Made by a program: the position numbers and the translations under genes. Below the pieces are notes generated by a model. The model ran no database searches. It saw only the letters and a program-made list of their open reading frames with translations, and was not told the origin of the DNA. Positions 17,732 through 29,737 of a stretch of DNA of 64,000 bases are shown here, piece after piece; position 1 is the first letter of the stretch, and each line of letters begins with the position of its first letter. Source of the DNA: Candidatus Vogelbacteria bacterium RIFOXYD1_FULL_51_18 (lineage in GTDB: Bacteria; Patescibacteriota; Minisyncoccia; Phycocordibacterales; UBA9988); NCBI GenBank assembly GCA_001823095.1, contig MHTL01000012.1:1035-65034 (forward strand), given 5' to 3'.

Positions 17732-17768
17732 TAGTATAGTGTCCGCATATTAGTTAAGTGTACGAATC

Positions 17769-18305
17769 ATGAATAAAACGATTTGGATAGTTGTCGGAAT
17801 TGTGATACTCATCGCTTTCGGCCTTTACTTTTATATGGCCGGCAGTGGCTCTCCCGCAGAGATCCCGGGTACAGTGGGGAGTACTCCCACGTCCCTTAAC
17901 CAGCTTGCGGCGCTCGGCACGCCGCAGAAGTGCACGTTCGCGGACGGGGCGGCGGATGTTCGCTCTGAAGGTGTCGTCTATGTGAGCGGCGGCTCCGTGC
18001 GCGCGGACTTTGCGAGCGCCGAGGGCACAAACACGGCAACGCAAGGACACATGATACAGAGTGGCGGAGAGGTCTACACGTGGGTAGACGGCATGACGCA
18101 GGGCTACCGGATAGCAGCAAGCCAAGCAGGGAGCGCTACCGGCACAGCACAAGCGCTCAACCCCGACAAGAGCGTTGATTACCGTTGCGAGCCATGGTCT
18201 CCTGATGCTTCGGCATTTACTCCCCCGGCAAACATTTCATTCGTGAGCATGGCAGACATACAGAGCCAAATACGGATCCCCGTTGATGTTCCGCTCGGGC
18301 AATAA
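17769..18305 (+). CDS. Hypothetical secreted/membrane-anchored protein
   Basis: 178 aa with an N-terminal TM helix. No recognisable motif. Confidence 0.35.
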   Translation: MNKTIWIVVGIVILIAFGLYFYMAGSGSPAEIPGTVGSTPTSLNQLAALGTPQKCTFADGAADVRSEGVVYVSGGSVRADFASAEGTNTATQGHMIQSGGEVYTWVDGMTQGYRIAASQAGSATGTAQALNPDKSVDYRCEPWSPDASAFTPPANISFVSMADIQSQIRIPVDVPLGQ

Positions 18306-18322
18306 AATCATCCTTATAACGC

Positions 18323-20002
18323 TTATCTCTTTTTCTTCAAACTTTCCCGTGCCGTCGCCTTCATAAACGCCGTAAAGAGCGGGTGGGGTTTAAGCGGGGA
18401 TGATTTAAATTCAGGATGAAATTGCGTCCCCATAAAGAATGGGTGTGTTTTTGCGGGAAGTTCAAAAATCTCCATGAGCACTCCATTCGGAGAGCGGCCG
18501 GAAAAAACTCCCCCGCCTGCTTCAATACGCTCCACGTAATCAGGGTTCACCTCGTAGCGGTGCCGGTGCCGCTCGCTGATAGAATCAGCGCCGTAGGCCG
18601 TGTGCGCAATCGTCCCCTCCAAGAGCTCTGCAGGATAGGCGCCAAGGCGCATCGTCGCGCCGTACTTGCCATTCCGAACATTTTCCTTCTGCTCGGGCAT
18701 GATGTCTATGACCGGGTGTGCGGTGTTCCCGTCAATCTCGGTCGTGTGCGCGTGTGCAAATCCCAAACAATTTCGCGCAAATTCAACGATGGCAAGCTGC
18801 ATGCCGTAGCAGAGGCCGAAGTAGGGAATGCCATTCTCGCGCGCATACTCAATCACCTTAATCTTCCCCTCCACCCCCCGCTCGCCAAATCCGCCGGGGA
18901 CAAGGATGCCCGCGTAGCGAGAGAGTTCTTTGAGTTTCTTCTTTCCCTCGTTATGGCTGGACGAATCCTCTTCATATTCCGTGGAATCCAGCCAGCTGAT
19001 GGAAACTTTTTTACCCTGCGCCGCACCTGCGTGCTTGAGTGATTCAATGACTGAAATGTACACATCCGAGAGCACGAAGTCCCCAGTCTTGAAATACTTC
19101 CCCACAATGGCAATGGGCATTTCCTCGCGCGCTTTCTGCAGACGAGCCACCATAGCGCGCCACTCATGCAAGTCGGTGCTCCTGGGCCGCAGGCGCAGAC
19201 GCTTGAGGAGCCGGTCAGAGAGTTCATCCTTCTCAAAGTTGATGGGTATCTCGTAGATGCTCTCGATATCGGGGGCCGAGATGATGTCCTCGGCGGCAAT
19301 GTTGCTTGAGACGGCAATTTTCTCTTTGCGCTTCTTGTCCAGTGGCCGGTCACTGCGCGCGATGATGATGTCCGGATGCACACCGTAGCTATTCATGGTA
19401 CGCACCGCCTCCTGCGTCGGCTTGGTCTTCATCTCGCCAATCTTCCCCGGCACCGGCAAGTAGCTCACCAGCACAAAGAGCACATCCTCGGGATGTTTAA
19501 GCTTGAGAATGCGCGCCGCTTCAATAAACATGGCATTTTGGTACTCGCCCACCGTCCCGCCGATTTCCACAATCGTGATATCCGCGCCGGTTTTCTCCTG
19601 CGAACGCTTGAGGCGGCGGGTTATCTCCTCGCAAATGTAGGGCACCGGGTCAACGCATTTCCCCCCGTAGCCCAGCGCGCGTTCTTTGTCTATGACGTGC
19701 TTGTACACCATGCCACTGGTCATGTAGTTCTCCGGCGGGAGCGGCGTGTCCAAAAAGCGCTCATAGTTGCCCATATCCTGGTCGCACTCCAGACCTGAAT
19801 CCAGCACAAAGACCTCCCCATGCTCAATAGGGTTCATCGTTCCCGCGTCAACATTGAGATAGGGGTCAATTTTAACGGGACTTACCGTGAAGCCCCGCGC
19901 TTGGAGAATTTTTGCGATTGACGATGTGGTGACCCCTTTTCCCACTCCAGACATCACTCCGCCTAAGACGAAGATGTACTTGTGTCGGCGGGCCGCACTC
20001 AT
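18323..20002 (-). CDS. pyrG: CTP synthase
   Basis: N-terminus reads KYIFVLGGVMSGVGKGVTTSSIA and the C-terminus carries the GATase domain (GLCYGMQ). Confidence 0.9.
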   Translation of the reverse strand: MSAARRHKYIFVLGGVMSGVGKGVTTSSIAKILQARGFTVSPVKIDPYLNVDAGTMNPIEHGEVFVLDSGLECDQDMGNYERFLDTPLPPENYMTSGMVYKHVIDKERALGYGGKCVDPVPYICEEITRRLKRSQEKTGADITIVEIGGTVGEYQNAMFIEAARILKLKHPEDVLFVLVSYLPVPGKIGEMKTKPTQEAVRTMNSYGVHPDIIIARSDRPLDKKRKEKIAVSSNIAAEDIISAPDIESIYEIPINFEKDELSDRLLKRLRLRPRSTDLHEWRAMVARLQKAREEMPIAIVGKYFKTGDFVLSDVYISVIESLKHAGAAQGKKVSISWLDSTEYEEDSSSHNEGKKKLKELSRYAGILVPGGFGERGVEGKIKVIEYARENGIPYFGLCYGMQLAIVEFARNCLGFAHAHTTEIDGNTAHPVIDIMPEQKENVRNGKYGATMRLGAYPAELLEGTIAHTAYGADSISERHRHRYEVNPDYVERIEAGGGVFSGRSPNGVLMEIFELPAKTHPFFMGTQFHPEFKSSPLKPHPLFTAFMKATARESLKKKR

Positions 20003-20961
20003 ACCTTAAGGTAGCGTGAGAGAGCAACAAAGCTTGAGACAATACCCAGCGCAATCCCGAGCCCCAAAAGCGAGAGGAAGAGCCGCCCAAAATCCGCCAC
20101 GTAGTAGGCAAAGATGTTGAGGCCCCCAAAGGCGCTCTCTGTGCTCCGTCCGAGCCAGAAGGTTGCCGGGTACAGGAGCGCCGCCGCAAGGATGGCCGAG
20201 ACGATGCCGTACATGGCTCCCTGCATCATAAAGGGGCCACGCACAAGGTTGTTCCCCGCGCCGACAAGCTTCATAACCGAGATTTCATCCCGCGCAGTGT
20301 AGAGAGCAAGCGAGATGGTGTTTACGGTAACCATAATGGACATGATGGCAAGTGTGAGCGCAATGGTGGCGCCCACTCGGCGCGTGTAAGAAAGAATAGT
20401 GTTCATACGCTCAATAACAATTTTGTTCTGGCGGTAGTTCACTTTCTCTATGATGTTCTCGCCGCCCGGCGAGAGCGCGGTGTCGCCTTCCAGAAACTTG
20501 CTCACGCTCTCGTACTGCGAGAGTTCTTTTGCTTTAATATTGAGGCTCGCACGCAGAGGGTTCCCACCCACCTCCTCAAGCGCGGCAAGCATCACCGCGT
20601 CGTCCTTGTGCCGCTCCCTGAAAGCCAAGAGCGCCTGCTCGCGCGTAACGTATTCAACGCGGTTCACTTCGGGGAGCGTCTCGAGGGATTTTTTGAGCGC
20701 CAGAATATCCGGCTCTTGCGCGTCTATGGTAAAGTAAAGGGTCACATCCACTTTCTCTTTGACCGTCTCAAGAAACGAAGAAAGAAAAACGTTTCCCACC
20801 ATAAGAGCGCCAACCACGGAGAGCGTAATGAGCATGGCAAAGATTGCCGCAAGCGACACGGTGCCGTTGCGCCAAAAACCGATGAACCCCGACCGCATCA
20901 TCCTCCGTGTGTATGACCAAATCATAGCTGTATTATAAAACGTATTTGCCGTGTTCGTCAT
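19999..20961 (-). CDS. ftsX: Cell-division ABC transporter permease FtsX
   Basis: 320 aa with a 4-TM FtsX topology. It lies immediately downstream of ftsE with an overlapping stop/start. Confidence 0.75.
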   Translation of the reverse strand: MTNTANTFYNTAMIWSYTRRMMRSGFIGFWRNGTVSLAAIFAMLITLSVVGALMVGNVFLSSFLETVKEKVDVTLYFTIDAQEPDILALKKSLETLPEVNRVEYVTREQALLAFRERHKDDAVMLAALEEVGGNPLRASLNIKAKELSQYESVSKFLEGDTALSPGGENIIEKVNYRQNKIVIERMNTILSYTRRVGATIALTLAIMSIMVTVNTISLALYTARDEISVMKLVGAGNNLVRGPFMMQGAMYGIVSAILAAALLYPATFWLGRSTESAFGGLNIFAYYVADFGRLFLSLLGLGIALGIVSSFVALSRYLKV

Positions 20962-21613
20962 CGCGGGTAATGCGACCGTTCTCCAGCGTAATCACGCGCT
21001 TTTTGAGCGAGTCAATAACTCCCTTGTTGTGTGTGGTGAGAATGACCGTTGTGCCGAGGTCATTGATTTTTTTGAGAATCTGCACAATCTCAAAGGTATT
21101 GAGCGGGTCAAGGTTGCCCGTCGGCTCATCGGCAATAATGAGGTCAGGCTGATTGACGATGGCGCGCGCAATAGCCACGCGCTGTTTCTCGCCGCCAGAC
21201 ATCTCGCGTGGGAAGCTCCAAATTTTCTGCTTAAGCCCCACAAGATCAAGCGCATGCGGCACATCCGCCTCAATCTCCGCATCACTGCGACCCGCCGCCT
21301 CCATGGCGAAAGAAATATTCTCAAAAGCGGTCTTGTCCGGTAGGAGCCGGAAGTCCTGGAAGATACAGCCGATGCGGCGGCGCAGATGTGGGAGCTCGCG
21401 GCGTGGGAGCTCGTGCACATTTACCTTGTCAAAGAGGACCTGTCCGTCGCTCGGCTCGTCCTCAACAAGTATCAGTTTGAGGAGAGTAGACTTCCCTGCC
21501 CCTGACTGGCCGACAATGGAAAGAAATTCACCATGTCCCACCTCAAAACTTACCTTTTCAAGGGCTTTGGAATTGTCCGAATAGATTTTTGTTACCTTGT
21601 CAAAAACAATCAT
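20933..21613 (-). CDS. ftsE: Cell-division ATP-binding protein FtsE
   Basis: ABC ATPase with Walker A GQSGAGKST, signature LSGGEKQR and Walker B IIADEPT. Confidence 0.85.
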   Translation of the reverse strand: MIVFDKVTKIYSDNSKALEKVSFEVGHGEFLSIVGQSGAGKSTLLKLILVEDEPSDGQVLFDKVNVHELPRRELPHLRRRIGCIFQDFRLLPDKTAFENISFAMEAAGRSDAEIEADVPHALDLVGLKQKIWSFPREMSGGEKQRVAIARAIVNQPDLIIADEPTGNLDPLNTFEIVQILKKINDLGTTVILTTHNKGVIDSLKKRVITLENGRITRDDEHGKYVL

Positions 21614-22500
21614 AGTTTTTCTTCTGCCGCAATAAACTCGTCCAGCTCACCCTCCTTAAGCACTGCGTCCACATCATGGGTCTCCACCCCCGTCCGATGG
21701 TCTTTTACCATCTTGTATGGGTGGAGCACATAGGAGCGTATCTGATTACCCCATTCGGCTTCTGTCGTCTTGCTGATGTACATGTTCTCCACCTTCTTAA
21801 TACGCTCGTCCTGCAGCCTCCGATAGAGTTTGCCTCGCAGGATAGTAAGAGCTCGCTCTTTATTTTGTGCCTGTGAACGTTCGCTCTCGCAGTGCGCCGA
21901 GAGCTTGGTAGGGACATGCAGCACGCGCACTGCCGTCTCGCGCTTGTTCACGTTCTGCCCGCCGGGGCCGGATGATTTGGTGTACTCCACCTCAATCTCA
22001 TTCTCGGGGATTTCCACGTCTTCCACTTTGGTGAACTCCGGGATGATTTCCACCATCGTAAATGAGGTGTGGCGGAGCTTCTTGGCGTTAAAGGGCGAGA
22101 TGCGCACCAGACGGTGCACGCCAGACTCGCGCTTGAGCGTGCCATAAGCACCGGCCCCTTTGATCTCTGCCGTAATGTTGCGGTAGCCGCCATGGTCATT
22201 CTCATTCTCGTGCAACACGCGCATGTTCCATCCTCGCTTCCCTGCAAAACGCTCGTACATGTGAAAGAGCAATGCGGCAAAATCTTCTGCATCGTCGCCG
22301 CCGGCGCCGGCAAAGATAGTGAGAACGGCATTCCCTCTGTCGTAGGGCTCCATATCGCGCAATTCCGCCTTAAGGCGGCTATGCTCCTTGAGCACTTCCT
22401 GGGCACGATTCTTATCCTCCCAAAAGTGTGGGCCGGCCATCTGTGCTTCCACATCGGAAATTTTCTCGGTAAGCGCCTCCCGCACATCTCTCTCTGCCAT
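21610..22500 (-). CDS. prfB: Peptide chain release factor 2 (short form, no frameshift site)
   Basis: Has the SPF tripeptide (RISPFNAKK) and the GGQ motif (SGPGGQNVNK). It is only 296 aa, with ATG at 22500 preceded by AAGG. No CTTTGAC programmed frameshift site was seen upstream. Confidence 0.8.
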   Translation of the reverse strand: MAERDVREALTEKISDVEAQMAGPHFWEDKNRAQEVLKEHSRLKAELRDMEPYDRGNAVLTIFAGAGGDDAEDFAALLFHMYERFAGKRGWNMRVLHENENDHGGYRNITAEIKGAGAYGTLKRESGVHRLVRISPFNAKKLRHTSFTMVEIIPEFTKVEDVEIPENEIEVEYTKSSGPGGQNVNKRETAVRVLHVPTKLSAHCESERSQAQNKERALTILRGKLYRRLQDERIKKVENMYISKTTEAEWGNQIRSYVLHPYKMVKDHRTGVETHDVDAVLKEGELDEFIAAEEKL

Positions 22501-22540
22501 CCTTCGTATTATATACGAGTGAATCGCATCCGCAAAGCGC

Positions 22541-22569
22541 TTGAAATTGCCTCCATTGAGCCCTATACT
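22541..22569 (+). promoter_or_regulatory. Candidate sigma70 promoter for the tRNA-Thr pair
   Basis: TTGAAA, a 17-nt spacer, then TATACT. It ends 12 nt before the first tRNA. Confidence 0.45.
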
Positions 22570-22581
22570 GGTGGAGTTCCC

Positions 22582-22654
22582 TGCCGTTGTAGCTCAGTTG
22601 GTAGAGCACGCGCATGGTAAGCGCGAGGCCGGCAGTTCAATCCTGCCCAACGGC
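22582..22654 (+). tRNA. tRNA-Thr (anticodon GGT)
   Basis: GCCGTTGTAGCTCAGTTGGTAGAGC... with anticodon loop ATGGTAA, T-loop TTCAATC, and acceptor pairing GCCGTTG/CAACGGC. Confidence 0.8.
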
Positions 22655-22680
22655 TTACTCTAGCCTCCAGTATCTAGAGT

Positions 22681-22753
22681 GCCACCTTAGCTCAGTTGGT
22701 AGAGCGGCGCATTCGTAACGCGCAGGTCCCCAGTTCAATCCTGGGAGGTGGCT
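22681..22753 (+). tRNA. tRNA-Thr (anticodon CGT)
   Basis: GCCACCTTAGCTCAGTTGGTAGAGC... with anticodon loop TTCGTAA and acceptor GCCACCT/AGGTGGC. Confidence 0.8.
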
Positions 22754-22765
22754 CAAGTCTAAGCA

Positions 22766-23890
22766 TCAGCGCACTGAGCGGTAGCCCCCGGGCACTCCAC
22801 CCTTGGAGAGGACAACCTGCCAGAGCTGGTTGTGGCGAGCTCGGAAGCTGCCTGCACAGGAGAGGAGGTAGTAGCTCCACATGCGGTAGAAGCGCTCGCC
22901 ATACTTCTCTTTAAGTTCTGGCCATGCGGATTTAAAATTGTGATACCAGACCATGAGTGTCTTATCGTAATCGGGTCCAAAGTTATGCCAATCCTCCATC
23001 ACGAAGAGCCCTTCAAGAGCGCCCCCAATCTGCGCGACCGAGGGGATTTCTCCCCCGGGGAAGATGTAGCGGTCAATCCAGGGGTCAGTGTTGTACTGCG
23101 TGATAGTAGCGCCAATTGTGTGAAGGAGGAAGAGTCCTCCCTGCGAGAGCATGCGCGACACAGCATCAAAAAATGTCCGATAATTTTTTTGCCCCACATG
23201 CTCAAACATACCGATTGAAGCAATCGCATCAAAGCGCTCCCCTGCCTCTGCGAGCCCGCGGTAATCAGCGAGGCGCACCTCAACCGGATATCCGGCAAGC
23301 CTTGTGTGCGCGAGCTCTGCCTGCGCCTTTGAAACGGTAATGCCAAGCCCCGCCGTACCGTAGCGTTCCGCCGCAAACTTAAGCAAACTCCCCCACCCAC
23401 AGCCAATATCTAAAAGACGCTGGCCTTTTTCTAGTTTGAGCTTGCGGCAGATGAGGTCTAATTTTTGCTCTTGCGCCTCGGCAAGGTTCTGGGCTTTCTC
23501 CCAATACGCGCAGGAGTAGACCATACGAGGGTCCAGCATGCGCTCAAAGAGATCATTGCCGAGGTCATAATGCGCGCGACCGATACTGAAAGCGCGCTGG
23601 AAGGACTGACGGTTCCTAAGGATCGACTTGAGTGCAAGGAGAATGAGCGATGGGCTCCAGGGGAGCTTCTCGTCAAGTTTTGCCGCGAGTACCTTAACGA
23701 AGAATTCATCCAAATGCTCGCAGTCCCACCAACCGTCCATGTAGGCCTCACCGAGTGCGAGAGAGCCTCCGCCGAGCGCCCGTGCAAAGAAGCGCTCATT
23801 GTAAACCGTAACATCCTGCGAACGAGAGCCTCCTATGGCCACATCCGCCTGTGCGAGCAGAGATTCAATTGTCGCTCGGGCTGACATCAT
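22766..23890 (-). CDS. cfa: Cyclopropane-fatty-acyl-phospholipid synthase family SAM-dependent methyltransferase
   Basis: SAM motif LDIGCGWGSL and full-length CFA-synthase-like similarity. Confidence 0.8.
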   Translation of the reverse strand: MMSARATIESLLAQADVAIGGSRSQDVTVYNERFFARALGGGSLALGEAYMDGWWDCEHLDEFFVKVLAAKLDEKLPWSPSLILLALKSILRNRQSFQRAFSIGRAHYDLGNDLFERMLDPRMVYSCAYWEKAQNLAEAQEQKLDLICRKLKLEKGQRLLDIGCGWGSLLKFAAERYGTAGLGITVSKAQAELAHTRLAGYPVEVRLADYRGLAEAGERFDAIASIGMFEHVGQKNYRTFFDAVSRMLSQGGLFLLHTIGATITQYNTDPWIDRYIFPGGEIPSVAQIGGALEGLFVMEDWHNFGPDYDKTLMVWYHNFKSAWPELKEKYGERFYRMWSYYLLSCAGSFRARHNQLWQVVLSKGGVPGGYRSVR

Positions 23891-23907
23891 TTTGCTCTGG
23901 TTCTGGG

Positions 23908-23980
23908 CGCGGCCGAAGGGAGTTGAACCCTCAATCTATCGCGTGACAGGCGATTGTGTTAACCGCTACACCACGGCCGC
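23908..23980 (-). tRNA. tRNA-Asp (anticodon GTC)
   Basis: Reverse complement reads GCGGCCGTGGTGTAGCGGTTAACAC... with anticodon loop CTGTCAC, T-loop TTCAACT and acceptor GCGGCCG/CGGCCGC. Confidence 0.8.
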
Positions 23981-24291
23981 AACGGCATTATCCTAACAAA
24001 AATGAACTGAAAGATACAGGATGCAAGTGCAGTATTCTTGAATTAGTCCGAACGCATTTTTCCGGAAAATTCCCCCCGCGAATCCGCCAGCTGGCGGACG
24101 GAAAGGCGGCGGAGTCGCACCGCTGACAATTTCAAGTTTTTCTTTGGCGGCATTCAATCCAAAAATTTATGGAGTGAATACTTAAAGAATAAAGAATTTT
24201 TATGAAAATTTCAATGTTTTCAAATATAGAAAAAGTACGAGCCCCAAGCAGAATTGAATTCCACGAGGGGCTCGGATTGTTGCGACAACGA

Positions 24292-24762
24292 CTAGAAATC
24301 GTCGCAAAAAAAGATGACCGCTACCGCTGGCCAGATCCAGATTCCGATTCCTGCGAGAAACAGGAACCAGTACTGAACCCAAAGGTATCCCCCAGAGGGA
24401 CCCTCCAGTTCGCGGATGGTTCCACGAATGTCATCCAGCGCAACCTGGTAGGTCGTCTCGGTACGCGGAATATCCTTGACGGCCTCGAGTCGCGTGATGA
24501 TCGAGGAGATGGAACCATTCAACTTCGCCAGGTCATTCGCGGGAGTTTTGAAGATCAGGGCGGTGTGACCACGAGTCATGCCATGACGCTCCATCCCCGA
24601 CTTCAACTCCTTCATGTACTCCAACATGTCCGGCACGTCCGCAGCGACCTGTGCGCGATGGGCGACGGACTCCACGTCTCGGTTCAGTTGGTAGCCCTGA
24701 TTGATCAGGAAAATACCAACCAAAACCGACACGACCAACGAAACTATCAACGAGGTTTTCAT
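24292..24762 (-). CDS. Hypothetical exported protein with C-terminal TM anchor
   Basis: 156 aa with a strong RBS (AAAGGAGA). The overlapping plus-strand ORF 24202..25059 is judged spurious. Confidence 0.35.
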   Translation of the reverse strand: MKTSLIVSLVVSVLVGIFLINQGYQLNRDVESVAHRAQVAADVPDMLEYMKELKSGMERHGMTRGHTALIFKTPANDLAKLNGSISSIITRLEAVKDIPRTETTYQVALDDIRGTIRELEGPSGGYLWVQYWFLFLAGIGIWIWPAVAVIFFCDDF

Positions 24763-25047
24763 GCGGTTCTCCTTTCAAGGTACTGGTTGACTGAATCAAG
24801 CCACCATGACTTGATTTCATGCTATCCTACCATAACAGGAGTTCTGTGTCAAGGGCAACAAAAAAACACCATCTCTGGTGCTTCTCGTTTCTTAACTCTT
24901 TGGATTAAAAAATTTTCTTCCCCCAAAATGCGAAACCGCCAATTCGTTTTTACCCCCAAAATTGAATACGAATTAGTCGCCGAGTCCGCCGAAAAGGCGG
25001 ATAAACTCCGCGAGGCGAACCCTTCAAACTTGCAATTTCCTACGTGG

Positions 25048-25121
25048 TGCCGGGGGTGAGAATCGAACTCACGACCTTGGGTTTATGAGTCCCACGCTCT
25101 AACCAACTGAGCTACCCCGGC
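25048..25121 (-). tRNA. tRNA-Met/Ile2 (anticodon CAT), elongator type (G1-C72 paired)
   Basis: Reverse complement reads GCCGGGGTAGCTCAGTTGGTTAGAGC... with anticodon loop CTCATAA and T-loop TTCGATT. Confidence 0.7.
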
Positions 25122-25293
25122 AGCATATTATTTGATACTCTATTCTAAATTCTAACGCAAAAATCTCATTATCATCGACCCACTCCGCCAGCCGGCGGAT
25201 ACCCCGGCATACATATGACGTACAAATCATATAGTGCCACGGAACACTGAAAAAGGCCAACCTACCGACTGGAGAATTGGCCTTTTTCAGCTA

Positions 25294-25369
<76 letters not shown>

Positions 25370-25414
25370 TATACGCGGGGCAAGCCCCGCAACAACCACA
25401 AGTGTAGCACAGGG

Positions 25415-25999
25415 TTATAGATAGTCAAATTCCTTAAAAACCCTTTCATAGAGGCCGACAATTCGGCGTGCTTCACGCTCGGAGAGCGGCAGGGCGCTCC
25501 CATCGTGCGCAATGCGGTTGCGCGCCTTATGCGCTTCCCATGCATCGTCCAAGCTTACAAAATCGCTCTTCTCAACCACCTTGAGTTTATCCCCCAAACT
25601 CGCACCGGGCAGATTCATGGTCCCCACAATTTCTCCAAGGATGCTATCTGCCTCAATAATCGCCATGCGCCAATCTGATTCGTTTGAGGAGCTTAACTTA
25701 TCCTGGATGAACTGCCACCGAGCTTCATTGGGAGTGCGGTTGCTCTCCACGGCAACATGTTCCATCTCCGCTTCTTCTGCTAGGGAGCGTGCCATATTAA
25801 GCTCACGGATTTTAAACGCCACCCATATCAGTCCCGCCGCAAGGAGGCCGGAGATAATAATCGCAAACACTTTATACCAATGGATTGTCTCTGCGACAGC
25901 AGGGAGCCGTGCAAGGTCGCCGTCAATAAAGGCAAGAAAAAGCCCCCGCAAAAACTGCATGAGCTTGTAGATATAATAAAAAATTGCGTCAATCACCAT
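25415..25999 (-). CDS. Hypothetical membrane protein
   Basis: 194 aa with N-terminal TM helices. The C-terminus carries RNRIAHDGS (an Rx4H-like patch). No secure family assignment. Confidence 0.3.
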   Translation of the reverse strand: MVIDAIFYYIYKLMQFLRGLFLAFIDGDLARLPAVAETIHWYKVFAIIISGLLAAGLIWVAFKIRELNMARSLAEEAEMEHVAVESNRTPNEARWQFIQDKLSSSNESDWRMAIIEADSILGEIVGTMNLPGASLGDKLKVVEKSDFVSLDDAWEAHKARNRIAHDGSALPLSEREARRIVGLYERVFKEFDYL

Positions 26000-27404
26000 C
26001 GATATCTTTCCCTATGCTAAAGAGCGCCGACTCACCGCAGTAGGGTGCAATGAGCTGGAAGCCAACAGGCAGGCCCGGCATGGTCTTCCCCGCAGGAATG
26101 GAGATGGCAGGGAGCTCGGCAATATTTGCCGGCACGGTAAAAATGTCTTCAAGATACATTTTGAGTGGGTCATCCGCCTTCTCGCCAATAGCAAACGCCG
26201 GCGAGGGCGTAGTGGGAATTGCAATGGCATCCACGGCGCGGAAGGATTCTTCAAACTCCCTGCGGATGACGGCGCGCACCTTGCACGCCTGCGCATAATA
26301 GGCGTCGTAGTAGCCGGCAGAGAGCACGTAGGTCCCAAGAATAATGCGCCGCTTTGCCTCGCGGCCGAATCCTGCGCCGCGAGTTTTAATATAATCCCCG
26401 TAAAGATCATCCCCGTCCACATGCAGCCCGTAGCGCACACCGTCAAAGCGCGCGAGATTTGTGGAGACTTCAGCCGGCATGATGATATAGTAAACGGCAA
26501 GCGAGTGTGTGATGGTGGGGAGTTCTATGTCACAGACCTTGTAGCCTTTGCCGCGAAGCGTCGTAAGTGTCTCTTCAAAACGCGCGAGTATTTTTGCATT
26601 CACTCCCTTTTCCAAGAAGCGCCGCGGGACACCAATTCGTTTTGCCCTTTTATTCTTTTTTTGGATTTGTGCGGGATCTAGTGTTGTTGAGTCCATCGGG
26701 TCGCGGCCGGCAATTGCCTCAAAGAGCAGTTCCGCGTCAGCAACTGTTTTTGCAAAGGGGCCAATCTGGTCCAGCGAGGAGGCCATCGCCATAAGCCCCG
26801 AGCGGGAGACTCTCCCATAGGATGGTTTGAGCCCCACCACGCCGCAGAAGGCGGCTGGCTGGCGGATTGAGCCGCCGGTGTCAGAGCCAAGCGCGGCAAG
26901 CGCCAGATTCCCCGCCACCGCTGCGGCAGAGCCGCCAGATGAGCCACCGGGAACGCGGCTTGTGTCATGGGGATTTTTTGTGGGTCCAAAAGCAGAATTC
27001 TCGGTTGAGCCGCCCATGGCAAATTCATCCATGTTGGTGCGTCCCAAGAGCACGGCTCCAGCCTCCTTTAACTTGCGGATAACCGTTGCATCATAGGGCG
27101 CGCGATATCCCTCAAGAATTTTTGACGCTGATGAAGCACGCCTCCCTTCAATCAAGATATTGTCCTTTACCGCGAGCGGGATGCCCGCGAGCGAGCCGAG
27201 CGCTTCACCCTTCGCTCTCCGCTCGTCAATACGAGAAGCTTGCTCTGCGCAATCATCAAAAACTTCAAGATATGCGTTCAAGCCAGCGTTTTCTCTCTCA
27301 ATTCGGGAGAGGTAGCTTTCTGTAAGTTCACGCGCAGAGAATTCACCGTGAGAGAGTTTTCTGCTCGCGTCAGTAATGGTGAGAGTTTCTAAAGCGATTG
27401 TCAT
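25989..27404 (-). CDS. gatA: Glutamyl-tRNA(Gln) amidotransferase subunit A (amidase)
   Basis: Amidase signature GGSSGGSAAAVAG...GSDTGGSIRQPAAFCGVVGLKPSYGRVSR. Confidence 0.9.
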   Translation of the reverse strand: MTIALETLTITDASRKLSHGEFSARELTESYLSRIERENAGLNAYLEVFDDCAEQASRIDERRAKGEALGSLAGIPLAVKDNILIEGRRASSASKILEGYRAPYDATVIRKLKEAGAVLLGRTNMDEFAMGGSTENSAFGPTKNPHDTSRVPGGSSGGSAAAVAGNLALAALGSDTGGSIRQPAAFCGVVGLKPSYGRVSRSGLMAMASSLDQIGPFAKTVADAELLFEAIAGRDPMDSTTLDPAQIQKKNKRAKRIGVPRRFLEKGVNAKILARFEETLTTLRGKGYKVCDIELPTITHSLAVYYIIMPAEVSTNLARFDGVRYGLHVDGDDLYGDYIKTRGAGFGREAKRRIILGTYVLSAGYYDAYYAQACKVRAVIRREFEESFRAVDAIAIPTTPSPAFAIGEKADDPLKMYLEDIFTVPANIAELPAISIPAGKTMPGLPVGFQLIAPYCGESALFSIGKDIDGD

Positions 27405-27405
27405 G

Positions 27406-27708
27406 CTACTTGGTGATAATTTTTTTTACTGAAATAGCGCCGCCTTTTGCGCGCGGAGCCATAGCAAGGAGCGCCTCGCTAAAAATTCCCGGTTCGTGAG
27501 CATCTCTGTCTTCACGCATTGTATTAGTACTTGCCCCGCCAATACTTGCAGGGCTCCCCCCATGGGGAACAGTAATCGCATCAGGCACAGTGACCGAACT
27601 TAGTTCAGAAACATAGGCAATGATAGAGCCAAGATCACGGGCAAGTGACTCTTTCTCCTGTACGGTGAGTTCTATGCGCGCAAGTCCTGCAAGGCGCTCT
27701 ACATCCAT
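27406..27708 (-). CDS. gatC: Asp/Glu-tRNA amidotransferase subunit C
   Basis: 100 aa, starts MDVERLAGLARIELTVQEKESL. It lies directly upstream of gatA. Confidence 0.75.
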   Translation of the reverse strand: MDVERLAGLARIELTVQEKESLARDLGSIIAYVSELSSVTVPDAITVPHGGSPASIGGASTNTMREDRDAHEPGIFSEALLAMAPRAKGGAISVKKIITK

Positions 27709-27721
27709 GCCGTATATCCTA

Positions 27722-29737
<2,016 letters not shown>

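Noticed and set aside
24202-25059. 285-aa plus-strand ORF
   Set aside because: It overlaps the better-supported minus-strand gene 24292..24762 (strong AAAGGAGA RBS) and runs into a tRNA. Its composition is not protein-like.
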